The notes under the pieces were generated by a model, which worked only from the letters and a program-made list of their open reading frames with translations, had not been told where the DNA came from and ran no database searches. From Planctomycetia bacterium (GTDB taxonomy: Bacteria; Planctomycetota; PLA2; JAEUHO01), in contig JBJTIJ010000410.1 in the NCBI GenBank assembly GCA_046094945.1, positions 1-38,590 on the forward strand: a stretch of 38,590 nucleotides of DNA. Reading direction: 5' to 3'. Both the position numbers and the translations under genes were made by a program. This document shows, one piece after another, positions 1 through 8,660 of this stretch. Numbering within the stretch: position 1 is the first letter of the stretch; the number at the start of each line of letters is the position of its first letter.

Positions 1-66
1 GGGAGGGTGCCGTGCTGCCGGGCCGGGCTCTCCCCGTCCCGTACCCCACCCGCAGGAGGCTACCCG

Positions 67-309
67 GTGAGCGTCAAGGACAAGGTCATCGAGATCGTGT
101 GCGAGCAGCTCGGCCAGCCCAAGGACAAGGTCAACGAGAACACCTCGTTCATCACCGACCTGGGCGCTGACAGCCTCGACACCGTCGAGCTCGTCATGGA
201 GCTCGAGGACGAGTTCGACCTCAGCATCCCTGACGAGGAGGCCGAGAAGATCAAGACGGTGGGCGACGCGATCCGCTACATCGAGACGCACTCCCAAAAG
301 AAGGAGTGA
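67..309 (+). CDS. acpP: Acyl carrier protein
   Basis: ORF 7..309. In-frame GTG at 67 is preceded by AGGAGG at 52-57. Contains the phosphopantetheine-attachment motif [19 protein letters not shown]. Size is about 80 aa, and fabF follows immediately. Confidence 0.95.
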   Translation: MSVKDKVIEIVCEQLGQPKDKVNENTSFITDLGADSLDTVELVMELEDEFDLSIPDEEAEKIKTVGDAIRYIETHSQKKE

Positions 310-314
310 GCCCG

Positions 315-1559
315 ATGGGGCGCCGGGTCGTCGTCACGGGCCTGGGGACCATCAACCCCTGCGGCCACGACGTGCGTTCCTCGTGGGATGCCGTCGTGAA
401 TGGCCGCAGCGGGGCGGGCCCCATCACGCGCTTCGATGCCGCCGCCATGGAGATGCCCTGCCGGGTCGCCTGCGAGATCAAGGGCTTCGAGCCGGGCAAG
501 CACTTCGAGTTCCGCGACATCAAGAAGCTGGACCTGATGGTGATGTACGGGCTGGTGGCGGCGCAGCAGGCCTGGCTGGACGCAGGGCTGGGCGCGCTGG
601 CGGGCCTGGCCCGCCACCGCGCGGGCGCCATCATCGGCACCGGCATCGGCGGCCTGGACACCATCGAGGACACGCACACCACGATCATGGAGAAGGGGCC
701 GCAGCGCGTGAGCCCCTTCTTCGTGCCCAAGATGATGCCCAACGCCGTGGCGGGCAACCTGTCCATCCGCTTCGGCCTCGAGGGCCCCGCCTACGTCACC
801 TCGTCGGCGTGCGCCTCGAGCAACCACGCCATGGCGCTGGCGCACCGCAGCGTGCGCGACGGCGAGCAGGACGTGTGCATCACCGGCGGGGCCGAGGCCA
901 CCATCACCTCGATGGGCATGGCGGGCTTCAACAGCATGCGCGCCATGAGCACGCGCAACGACAACCCGACGGCCGCCAGCCGCCCCTTCGACCGCGACCG
1001 CGACGGCTTCGTGATGGGCGAGGGCGCCGGCATCCTGGTCTTCGAGGAGTACGAGCACGCCAAGGCGCGCGGCGCCCGCATCTACTGCGAGGTGCTGGGC
1101 TCGGGCATGAGCTCGGATGCGCACCACATCACGGCGCCGGCCCCCGGCGGCGTGGGCCCGGCGCGCGCGATGCAGCTGGCGCTGCAGGACGCGCGCCTCG
1201 CGCCCGCGGACATCGACTCCATCAACGCGCAGGGCACCTCCACCGAGCTCAACGACCGCGCCGAGACGGCCGCGATCAAGACGGTGTTCGGCGCCCACGC
1301 CCACAAGCTGGCCATCTCGTCGAGCAAGTCGATGGTGGGCCACCTGCTGGGTGGCTCGGGCGGCGTGGAGGCCGTGTTCACGGCCATGTCGATCCTCGAG
1401 GGCCTGGTGCACCCCACCCTCAACCTCGACAACCCCGACCCCGAGTGCGACCTCGACTACGTGCCCAAGGTGGCGCGTCGCCTCAAGGTGCGCCGGGCGC
1501 TGAGCAACAGCCTGGGCTTCGGCGGGCACAACGTCACGCTCGCCTTCGGCGCCCTGTAG
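315..1559 (+). CDS. fabF: 3-oxoacyl-ACP synthase II (KAS II)
   Basis: ORF 306..1559. ATG at 315 is preceded by AAGGAG at 301-306. Active-site context SSACASS (Cys), DAHHITAP (His) and KSMVGHLLGGSG (His). Conserved acpP-fabF order. Confidence 0.95.
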   Translation: MGRRVVVTGLGTINPCGHDVRSSWDAVVNGRSGAGPITRFDAAAMEMPCRVACEIKGFEPGKHFEFRDIKKLDLMVMYGLVAAQQAWLDAGLGALAGLARHRAGAIIGTGIGGLDTIEDTHTTIMEKGPQRVSPFFVPKMMPNAVAGNLSIRFGLEGPAYVTSSACASSNHAMALAHRSVRDGEQDVCITGGAEATITSMGMAGFNSMRAMSTRNDNPTAASRPFDRDRDGFVMGEGAGILVFEEYEHAKARGARIYCEVLGSGMSSDAHHITAPAPGGVGPARAMQLALQDARLAPADIDSINAQGTSTELNDRAETAAIKTVFGAHAHKLAISSSKSMVGHLLGGSGGVEAVFTAMSILEGLVHPTLNLDNPDPECDLDYVPKVARRLKVRRALSNSLGFGGHNVTLAFGAL

Positions 1560-1568
1560 CCCCGGTCG

Positions 1569-2873
1569 GTGGCTGCCCTCGAGGTCGCCGCCGGGCTGCG
1601 CGAGCGCCTGCTGGCGTGCGGCCAGGGCCACCTGCTGGAACAGGCGCTGGCGCTGGATCCCGCGCTGGGCACGGCGCTGCTGGCCGAGGCCGCCGGCGAG
1701 CCCTGGGAGGCCTTGCGCAAGGCGGCCCTGGCGGGTGCCGCCCCGCCGCCGCCTGAGCTGCGACCGCCTTCCTGCCTGACGCTGCGCCGCCAGCAGGCCG
1801 TGGGGGGGCTGCGCACCCGCCTGGCGGCGCTGGGGCGCCAGCGGCTGGCCGAGGGCCGCGTGGCCACGCTGCTGCTGGCCGGTGGGCAGGGCACGCGCCT
1901 GGGCCACCCGGGCGCCAAGGGCACCTTCGTGCTCGGCCCGCGACCCGACCGCACGCTCTACGCCGTGCTGGCTGAGCGCGTGGCACGCGCCAGCCGCGAG
2001 GCCGGGCGGCCCATCCCGCTGGTGGTGCTCACCAGCCCGGCCACCGACGCGGAGACGCGTGCCGCGCTGGGCGAGCCGGGCCGCCATGGCCTGCAGGGTG
2101 GGCAGGTCGAGTTCGTGCTGCAGCGCACCCTGCCGGTGCTCGACGGCGCAGGCCGGGCGCTGCTGGACGGTCCGCACGCCCTGCTGCGGGCCCCCGACGG
2201 CCACGGCGGAGCGCTGGGGGCCCTGGAGGCGGCCGGCACGCTGGCCCGCCTGGAGGCGCAGGGCGTGGAGGTGCTGACCACCTTCCAGGTGGACAACCCG
2301 CTCGGGCGCCCGCTGGACCCCGTGATGCTGGGCTGGATGCGCGAGCGCAGCCTGCAGGTGGTGGGCACGGCCGTGCGCCGGGCCTCGCCCGAGGAGCGCG
2401 TGGGCATGTTCGCCCGCGACCTGGACGGCCGCCTGCGGGTGGTCGAGTACAGCGAGCTGGAGGGCCTGCCGGCGGCGCGCGAGCTGGCCCTGGGCAGCAT
2501 CGCCCTGCACGCGCTGGACCTGCCCTGGCTGCGCTCGCTGCCGCTGCGTGACCCCGCCTTCCTGCCGCTGCACCCGGCGCGCAAGCGCGTCGAGGCCTTC
2601 GACCCCGCCCACGGGGCCCGGCGCGCACAGGACGCCATCAAGTGCGAGCGCTTCCTGTTCGACGTCTTCCCGTGGGCGGCGCGCGGCGAGGTGCAGGAGG
2701 TGGACCGGGCCCGCGAGTTCGCGCCGGTGAAGAACGCCAGCGGCAGCGACAGCCCCGAGACAGCCCGGGCGCTGGTCGAGGCCGAGGTGCGGCGCTGGCA
2801 CGCGGAGCGCGGCCTGCCGGTGCACGATCCGGTGGCGCACGAGCCGCTGGTGCTGGACGCCGAGGTGGCCTAG
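1569..2873 (+). CDS. UDP-sugar / UDP-N-acetylglucosamine pyrophosphorylase, UDPGP (UAP1-like) family
   Basis: 434 aa. Nucleotide-binding loop LLLAGGQGTRLGHPGAKGTF. N-terminal GQGHLLE helix motif typical of UAP1/AGX-type enzymes. FQVDNPL motif. Confidence 0.8.
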   Translation: MAALEVAAGLRERLLACGQGHLLEQALALDPALGTALLAEAAGEPWEALRKAALAGAAPPPPELRPPSCLTLRRQQAVGGLRTRLAALGRQRLAEGRVATLLLAGGQGTRLGHPGAKGTFVLGPRPDRTLYAVLAERVARASREAGRPIPLVVLTSPATDAETRAALGEPGRHGLQGGQVEFVLQRTLPVLDGAGRALLDGPHALLRAPDGHGGALGALEAAGTLARLEAQGVEVLTTFQVDNPLGRPLDPVMLGWMRERSLQVVGTAVRRASPEERVGMFARDLDGRLRVVEYSELEGLPAARELALGSIALHALDLPWLRSLPLRDPAFLPLHPARKRVEAFDPAHGARRAQDAIKCERFLFDVFPWAARGEVQEVDRAREFAPVKNASGSDSPETARALVEAEVRRWHAERGLPVHDPVAHEPLVLDAEVA

Positions 2874-2936
2874 GCCCGCAGGCGGCGCCCGTGTCGCGGG
2901 CCCGTAGGATGTGGGCCGCGCACACGGAGCAGGCAC

Positions 2937-3995
2937 ATGGTCCGCGGGTCCGACAGGATGCAGGTCGCAGTCCTGATGGGCGGCCCCAGCAGCGAGCACG
3001 ACATCTCGCTGCTGGGCGGCAAGAACGTCGTGGATGCGCTCGACCTGCGGCGCTATGACGTGCGCCCGGTGGTGATCCTGCGCAACGGCGCCTGGCAGGT
3101 GGCTGCGCGCCCCTGGCGCGGGGCCGAGGGCGGCTTCGACCCGCACGCCGGCTCGGGCTGGCGCAGCTTCGAGGGCACCTGCGAGGCACTGGCGCACCTG
3201 CGCTCGCTGCACGTGGCGGCCGTGCTGCCCATCCTGCACGGCCGCTTCGGCGAGGACGGCACGCTGCAGTGCTGCCTGCAGGCCGCGGGCCTGCCGTACG
3301 TGGGCAGCAACGGCCGCGCCAGCGCCACGGCCGCCGACAAGATCCGCACCAAGGAGGTGCTGGGCTTCCACCGCGTCGCCACGCCGCGCTTCGAGGTGCT
3401 CGCGCGCGAGGACCTGCGCAGCGGCCTCTCGGCCGTGAGCGAGCGCCTCGTGCAGTCCTTCGGCCTGCCGCTGGTGATCAAGGACCCGCTGGGCGGCTCC
3501 TCGCTGGAGGTGCGGCTGTGCGAGGACGTGGGCCAGGTGGCCGCGGCGCTCGACGCTCTCGGCCCCAACGCCGAGCGCCTGATGGCCGAGGCCTTCGTGC
3601 GCGGGCGCGAGCTCACGGTGGGGGTGCTGGGCCTGCGCGAGGGCGAGCCGCCGCTGGCGCTGCCCGTGATCGAGATCCGGCCCACCAAGTCCAAGACCTT
3701 CGACTACGCCGAGAAGTACGCCGCCGACGGTGCGCAGGAGCTGTGCCCGGCGCCGCTGGAGCCCGCGCTGGCGCGGCAGGCGCAAGACCTCGCGCTGCGC
3801 GTGCACGGCCTGCTGGGGTTGCGCGCCCTGTCGCGCACCGACCTGATGCTGGCCGAGGACGGCAGCCTGCAGGTGCTGGAGACCAACACCCTGCCGGGCA
3901 TGACCCAGCGCAGCCTCGTGCCGCGGGCTGCGGCGGCCGCGCAGATCACGTTCCCGGCGCTGGTCGAGGGCCTGCTGCGCACCGCGGCGCTCTAG
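2937..3995 (+). CDS. ddl: D-alanine--D-alanine ligase
   Basis: MQVAVLMGGPSSEHDISL, PILHGRFGEDGTLQ, and the ATP-grasp C-terminus LETNTLPGMT. GGAG lies 8 nt upstream of ATG 2937. Alternative in-frame ATG at 2958. Confidence 0.9.
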   Translation: MVRGSDRMQVAVLMGGPSSEHDISLLGGKNVVDALDLRRYDVRPVVILRNGAWQVAARPWRGAEGGFDPHAGSGWRSFEGTCEALAHLRSLHVAAVLPILHGRFGEDGTLQCCLQAAGLPYVGSNGRASATAADKIRTKEVLGFHRVATPRFEVLAREDLRSGLSAVSERLVQSFGLPLVIKDPLGGSSLEVRLCEDVGQVAAALDALGPNAERLMAEAFVRGRELTVGVLGLREGEPPLALPVIEIRPTKSKTFDYAEKYAADGAQELCPAPLEPALARQAQDLALRVHGLLGLRALSRTDLMLAEDGSLQVLETNTLPGMTQRSLVPRAAAAAQITFPALVEGLLRTAAL

Positions 3996-4162
3996 GGCAA
4001 GCCCGGGCACGGCACCTGCCGCCTGCGACTGGCACGTGCGAGTGGCGCGTGTGCTTGCCGCGCTGGCACCCGCGACCACTCCGCACCGGCCCTGTACCCA
4101 CCCCGGGCCCGGCCCCGCGACCTGCTGCTGGACGAGCCCGCGGCTTGGGCGAGGATCAGGGC

Positions 4163-4528
4163 ATGACGACGCCGACGCCGGTCTACCCGAAGGTCTGGGG
4201 CGAGGAGCACTGGATCGTCAACAAGGACTACTGCGGCAAGCTGCTGGTGCTCAAGCAGGGCTTCCGCTGCTCGATGCACTACCACAAGGTCAAGGACGAG
4301 GTCTTCTACGTCATCAAGGGCAAGGTGCTGCTCGAGACCGAGCAGGGCGCGCGCGTGATGCGGCCGGGCGACCACGCGCACATCCCGCAGCGCCTGCTGC
4401 ACCGCTTCTCGGGCCTGGAAGACAGCCAGATCATCGAGTTCTCCTCGCACCACGAGGAGGACGACAGCTACCGCACCGAGCCCAGCGGGGCCTTTGACCT
4501 GGCGGCGGTGCGCTTGCCGCCCGAGTAG
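4163..4528 (+). CDS. Cupin-domain protein (mannose-6-phosphate isomerase type II C-terminal-like)
   Basis: In-frame ATG at 4163 inside ORF 3269..4528. GAGGA lies 7 nt upstream. WGEEHW...SMHYHKVKDEVFYVIKG...HRF two-motif cupin pattern. 121 aa. Confidence 0.8.
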   Translation: MTTPTPVYPKVWGEEHWIVNKDYCGKLLVLKQGFRCSMHYHKVKDEVFYVIKGKVLLETEQGARVMRPGDHAHIPQRLLHRFSGLEDSQIIEFSSHHEEDDSYRTEPSGAFDLAAVRLPPE

Positions 4529-4619
4529 CAGCGCGCCCGGCCGGCGCGGGGCCAGCCGGCTGGCAGGCTGGGCGGGCCGGGCAGGCCGCGCCGCCCCCGA
4601 AGCACTGCGCCCGGCGCGC

Positions 4620-4625
4620 TAGCAT
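4620..4625 (+). promoter_or_regulatory. -10-like hexamer TAGCAT, 6 nt before GTG 4632 (leaderless arrangement)
   Basis: Read directly as cgcgcTAGCATggccgcGTGccc. There is no Shine-Dalgarno sequence. Confidence 0.5.
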
Positions 4626-4631
4626 GGCCGC

Positions 4632-6680
4632 GTGCCCACGTGCGTGCCTCCCCCGGGCGCGGGCCGCAAGGCTCGCGCCGGCCTGCGCCTGGCCGGCGGC
4701 CTCGCCTTGCTGGCCGTGGTCGTCTCCGGCGGGGCGCGGGTGCTGCGCCAGGCCGCGCCCGAGGCGCCCGTGCTGGGGCTGGAGGCCCCCGAGCGCAGCC
4801 CGCGCGCAGCAGGTCCGGCCGCGGCCTCGCTGCCTGCGGCCACGCCCGAGGTGCCCGCGGGCGGCACCTACTGGGGCATCGTGGTGGACAGCGGCGGGCG
4901 CCCCGTGGACGGGGCCAAGGTGCTGCTGGTGCGCTACGAGAGCGGCACGGGCGTGGACGTGCCGCGCTTCCGGCCTGACGGCTCGGACTTCGACCCGGCC
5001 CGCGTGGCACGCATCGGCGACTACCACGTCTCGGGCGAGACCCGCACCGGGCCCGACGGGCGCTTTGACGTCACGGCCGGCACGCCGCGCGACGAGGTGA
5101 AGATGGTGGTGGCCTGGTCGGACGAGCATGCGCCGGCCTACGCCTTCACGGGCTCGGCGCAGGACGAGGTGCGCGTGGTGCTGCAGGCCGGCGGGCGCCT
5201 CAAGGGGACCGTGCTCGACCCGCGCGGGCAGCCCGTGGCCGGTGCGCTGGTGGAGGTGTTCCTGCAGCAGCCTGCGCCGCGCGCGCTGGCCCCCGAGCCC
5301 GGCAAGGAGGTGCTGGCCCTGCCCGGCGACAAGCGCCGGCTGTCGGCCGCGGCCACGCTGGGCGACTTCATCGGGCGCATCGTGGGGCCGCGCGTCTACG
5401 GCATCGAGCCCAGCGACCAGATGGCACTGCGCCTCTCCACCCGCGCCGATGGCACCTTCAGCGTGGGCCCGGTGGACGACAGCGTGCAGCTGGAGGTGGT
5501 GATCAGCCACCCGGACTACATGTGGACCGACTTCGACGAGGACGAGCAGGGCTTCGTTCAGCGGCCGGTGCTGCGGCCCGGCCAGGTGCTCGAGCGCACC
5601 TACACGCTGCGCGAGGGCCACTGGATTGCGGGGCGCGTGGTGGGCGACGACCCGGCCCAGACGGGCATCCCGGGCGTGGTCATCCAGGTGCGCAGCATCC
5701 CCTCCTACAAGAAGCACCGCTACTACGACCAGAAGCCGCGCATGGCCATCACGGACAGCGATGGCAGCTTCCGCGTGGCCGGCCTGAGCCATGCGCCGTA
5801 CACGGCCGACCTCTTCCACGCCTCCTTCGGCCACGAGTTCCAGGGCAAGGTGGCTGCCGACACGCGCAACCTGCTGTGGGTGGTGCGCAGCCGGGGCGGC
5901 GTGCTGGGGCGCGTGAGCGGGCTGGAGGAGCGCCCGCCCGGCGGGCGCGTGCGGCTGACGCTGGAGCCGCTGGCCGCGGGCGGTGCCACCGGGGCGCAGG
6001 TGCAGGCCGAGGCCGTGCTGGCGCCCGACGACACCTTCCTGCTCGAGCGCGTGGACCCGGGCACCTACCGGGCCACGCTGCGGGCCGGCACGCGTGCCGC
6101 CCAGCCGGTGGTGTTCACCATCGAGCCGCGCAGCGTGGCGCGCGTCGATTTCGCCTGCGGCGGGGGGGGCGCGCTCGAGGCGCGCGCCAGCGACGCGGCC
6201 GGCCGCGTGGTCGACCCGGTGGCGGGCGCGCTGCGCCGCCTGGTGGAGGGCGAGGCCCCCGCACTGGTGGAGGAACTGGTCTCGCGCGCGGGCGTGCTGG
6301 CGGCGGAGGGCGTGCCGGCCGGCCGGTACGTGCTCGAGCTCTCCGCCGAGGGCTACCTGCCGGCGCAGAGCGAGCCCTTCGAGGTGCGCGACGGCGGCCT
6401 GTGCCGGGTGGGCCCGCTGGTGCTGCAGCGCGTGGCCCGGCTGCGGGTGGGCAGCGTGCGCGACGGGTCCGGCCGGCTGCTGCAGGTGCCCATCGCGCTG
6501 GAGGTGGCCGAGGGCGAGCAGGACTACCAGCCCGTGCTGGTGCTGCGCGGCGACCTGCCGCTGCGGCCCGGCCCGGTGCGCGTGCGCGCCCGCGACCCGG
6601 AGGGCCGCAGCTTCGAGGCCCGGCTGGTGCTGGCCGACGGCGAGCAGCACGTGCTGGACGTGGTCCTGGCCCCGCGCTAG
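4632..6680 (+). CDS. N-terminally membrane-anchored protein with about six carboxypeptidase-regulatory-like (Ig/prealbumin-like) repeats
   Basis: 682 aa. N-terminal basic stretch plus hydrophobic helix GLRLAGGLALLAVVV. Repeated G-x-V-x-D-x-x-G-x-P-V-x-G-A-x-V segments (GIVVDSGGRPVDGAKVLLV, GTVLDPRGQPVAGALVEVF, GRVVGDD..GIPGVVIQV and others). Confidence 0.65.
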   Translation: MPTCVPPPGAGRKARAGLRLAGGLALLAVVVSGGARVLRQAAPEAPVLGLEAPERSPRAAGPAAASLPAATPEVPAGGTYWGIVVDSGGRPVDGAKVLLVRYESGTGVDVPRFRPDGSDFDPARVARIGDYHVSGETRTGPDGRFDVTAGTPRDEVKMVVAWSDEHAPAYAFTGSAQDEVRVVLQAGGRLKGTVLDPRGQPVAGALVEVFLQQPAPRALAPEPGKEVLALPGDKRRLSAAATLGDFIGRIVGPRVYGIEPSDQMALRLSTRADGTFSVGPVDDSVQLEVVISHPDYMWTDFDEDEQGFVQRPVLRPGQVLERTYTLREGHWIAGRVVGDDPAQTGIPGVVIQVRSIPSYKKHRYYDQKPRMAITDSDGSFRVAGLSHAPYTADLFHASFGHEFQGKVAADTRNLLWVVRSRGGVLGRVSGLEERPPGGRVRLTLEPLAAGGATGAQVQAEAVLAPDDTFLLERVDPGTYRATLRAGTRAAQPVVFTIEPRSVARVDFACGGGGALEARASDAAGRVVDPVAGALRRLVEGEAPALVEELVSRAGVLAAEGVPAGRYVLELSAEGYLPAQSEPFEVRDGGLCRVGPLVLQRVARLRVGSVRDGSGRLLQVPIALEVAEGEQDYQPVLVLRGDLPLRPGPVRVRARDPEGRSFEARLVLADGEQHVLDVVLAPR

Positions 6681-6760
6681 GGCCCGCCGGAAGGCCCCGG
6701 CAGCGACGCAGGCCGGGCGGCGCTGGCAGGGGGGCGCGGCGCCCGTAGGCTGGCCTGCCC

Positions 6761-7117
6761 ATGCAGGGCGCGTCCCTCCCCCCGTCCCACGAGCCGCTGC
6801 CGGCGGGAGGCCCTCCCGGGGGCCAGGACGGCGGCTCCGGCGGCGCCGGGCCGGGCGACCGGCGCGAGCGCTCCGACCGCCGGCAGGGCGACCGCCGCAA
6901 GCAGCAGGTCCCCGTGGCCGTGGACCGGCGCAGCGGCAAGGACCGGCGCCTGGGCGACCGCCGCACGCGCGGCATGAACGCCTACGAGCTGGGCCCCGAC
7001 GAGCTGGAGCTGATCCACGCCGTCAATGCCCACAAGGCCCGCACCGGCCGCGCCTTCCCGACCTGGAGCGAGCTGCTCCAGATCCTGCGCGTCCTGGGCT
7101 ACGAGAAGCGTCGCTAG
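6761..7117 (+). CDS. Small hypothetical protein: Gly/Pro-rich N-terminus, six DRR repeats, compact helical C-terminal domain
   Basis: 118-aa ORF from the track. GDRRERSDRRQGDRRKQQVPVAVDRRSGKDRRLGDRR, followed by MNAYELGPDELELIHAVNAHKARTGRAFPTWSELLQILRVLGYEKRR. TAGGCT hexamer about 9 nt upstream. The true start could be the internal Met71. Confidence 0.55.
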   Translation: MQGASLPPSHEPLPAGGPPGGQDGGSGGAGPGDRRERSDRRQGDRRKQQVPVAVDRRSGKDRRLGDRRTRGMNAYELGPDELELIHAVNAHKARTGRAFPTWSELLQILRVLGYEKRR

Positions 7118-7138
7118 ACCCCCCCGAGGAGCATCGCC

Positions 7139-8644
7139 ATGGAGATCCGCGTCGACACCCACCCCGTGCGCGCCAGCCGCGCCGAGGGCCTCGTGCTGCT
7201 GGCCACCAAGGGCGAGTCGCTCGCCCGCGCCACGGCGGCGCTGGGCACGGCCTATGCCGCGTCGGCCTCCGCGCTGGCAGCACGCAAGCTGTTCGATGGC
7301 AGCGCCGGGCAGGCGCGCACGCTGGTGGGCGCGCGCGGCTCGCGCGTGGGCACCGTGGTGCTGGTGGGCCTGGGCGAGGCGGGCAAGGTGGGGGCCGAGG
7401 GCCTCAAGCGTGCCAGCGCCAGCGGCCTGCGCGCCGCCGGCGAGCACGGCGCCAAGCGCCTGGCCGTGGCCTTCGCCGGGCGCGCGCCGCGCGGCGTGAC
7501 GCCCGAGCGCCTGGGCCGGGCTGCCGGCGAGGCCGCCTGCATGGCCCTCTACCGCTGGGAGGCCTACCGCACGCAGAAGTCCAAGGTGGCTGTCGAGGAC
7601 GTGGCCCTGCTGGTGGCGCCGCGCGAGGCGTCGGCCGCCCGCCGGGGCCTGGCCGAGGGCCGCGCGCTGGGCGAGGCCGTGTGCTTCACGCGTGACCTGG
7701 GCAACGAGCCGCCCAACGTGGCCACGCCGCGCTGGATCGGCGACCGCGCGCAGGAGATGGCGCGCAGCGAGGGCCTGCAGTGCACCATCCTCGAGAAGGA
7801 CGAGATGGAGCGGCTGGGCATGGGCTCGCTGCTGGGCGTGGCGCGCGGCAGCGCGCAGGCGCCGCGGCTCGTGGTGCTCACCTACGTGCCGGCCGGCAAG
7901 CCCAAGGCGCCGGCCGTGGCGCTGGTGGGCAAGGGCATCACCTTCGACACGGGTGGCATCTCGATCAAGCCCGCCGCCAAGATGGAGGACATGAAGTTCG
8001 ACATGTGCGGCGGCGGCGCCGTGCTGGGGGCCATGCTGGCCATCGCGCGCCTCAAGCCGGCCGTGCGCGTCACGGGCCTGGTGCCGCTCGTGGAGAACAT
8101 GCCCGACGGCAACGCCTACAAGCCGGGTGACATCCTCAAGGCCATGAACGGCGTCACCATCGAGGTCAAGAACACCGACGCCGAGGGGCGCCTGATCCTG
8201 GCCGACGCGCTGGCCTACGCAGCCAAGCACCTCACGCCGCGCCCGCAGGCGCTGGTGGACATCGCCACGCTCACGGGCGCCTGCGTGGTGGCGCTGGGCG
8301 ACCAGTACGCCGCCGTGCTGGGCCACGACGAGGTCTGCGGCCGGCTGCTGGCGGCGGCCGAGGCCAGCGGCGACGCCCTCTGGCGCCTGCCGATCAACGA
8401 CGGCTACCGCAGCCAGATCGAGAGCGTGTTCGCCGACGTGAGCAACCTGGGCGCGGGCGGCGGCGGCGTGCAGACGGGCGCCGTGTTCCTCGAGAAGTTC
8501 ACCGACGGCGTGCCGTGGGCTCACCTGGACATCGCCGGCATGGCGTGGACCGAGCGCGACGGCGGCCTCTACCGCAAGGGCGCCACGGGCTACGGCGTGC
8601 GCCTGCTGGTGGAGGCCGTGCGCGGCTGGGCCCGGGGCCGCTAG
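7139..8644 (+). CDS. pepA: Leucyl aminopeptidase (M17)
   Basis: 501 aa. M17 signature NTDAEGRLILADAL, plus GKGITFDTGGISIKP. GAGGAG lies 7 nt upstream of the ATG. Confidence 0.95.
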   Translation: MEIRVDTHPVRASRAEGLVLLATKGESLARATAALGTAYAASASALAARKLFDGSAGQARTLVGARGSRVGTVVLVGLGEAGKVGAEGLKRASASGLRAAGEHGAKRLAVAFAGRAPRGVTPERLGRAAGEAACMALYRWEAYRTQKSKVAVEDVALLVAPREASAARRGLAEGRALGEAVCFTRDLGNEPPNVATPRWIGDRAQEMARSEGLQCTILEKDEMERLGMGSLLGVARGSAQAPRLVVLTYVPAGKPKAPAVALVGKGITFDTGGISIKPAAKMEDMKFDMCGGGAVLGAMLAIARLKPAVRVTGLVPLVENMPDGNAYKPGDILKAMNGVTIEVKNTDAEGRLILADALAYAAKHLTPRPQALVDIATLTGACVVALGDQYAAVLGHDEVCGRLLAAAEASGDALWRLPINDGYRSQIESVFADVSNLGAGGGGVQTGAVFLEKFTDGVPWAHLDIAGMAWTERDGGLYRKGATGYGVRLLVEAVRGWARGR

Positions 8645-8660
8645 GCGCCGCGCGCGCGCC

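Noticed and set aside
276-4079. A 1267-aa minus-strand ORF. Similar long ORFs occur at 4431..6650 -, 6677..8836 -, 8499..11381 -, 11784..14711 - (upstream part), 14714..16633 +, 16266..18254 +, 24709..27099 -, 30915..33653 - and 31187..34576 +
   Set aside because: All lie antisense or out of frame to genes with clear family motifs. They are dominated by R/A/G/P and carry no recognisable motifs. This is the typical shadow-ORF artefact at this GC content.
6721-6781. An apparent 1-nt disagreement between my manual base count in this sequence line and the ORF-track coordinates (TAG 6746-6748, ATG 6761). I briefly considered a frameshift or poly-C slippage site
   Set aside because: The track translations are internally consistent: the 5522..6748 ORF ends at TAG and the next ORF starts in the same frame. 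The discrepancy sits at line boundaries within homopolymer runs, so it is most likely my counting error. I followed the track. Hand-derived coordinates near here may be off by 1.
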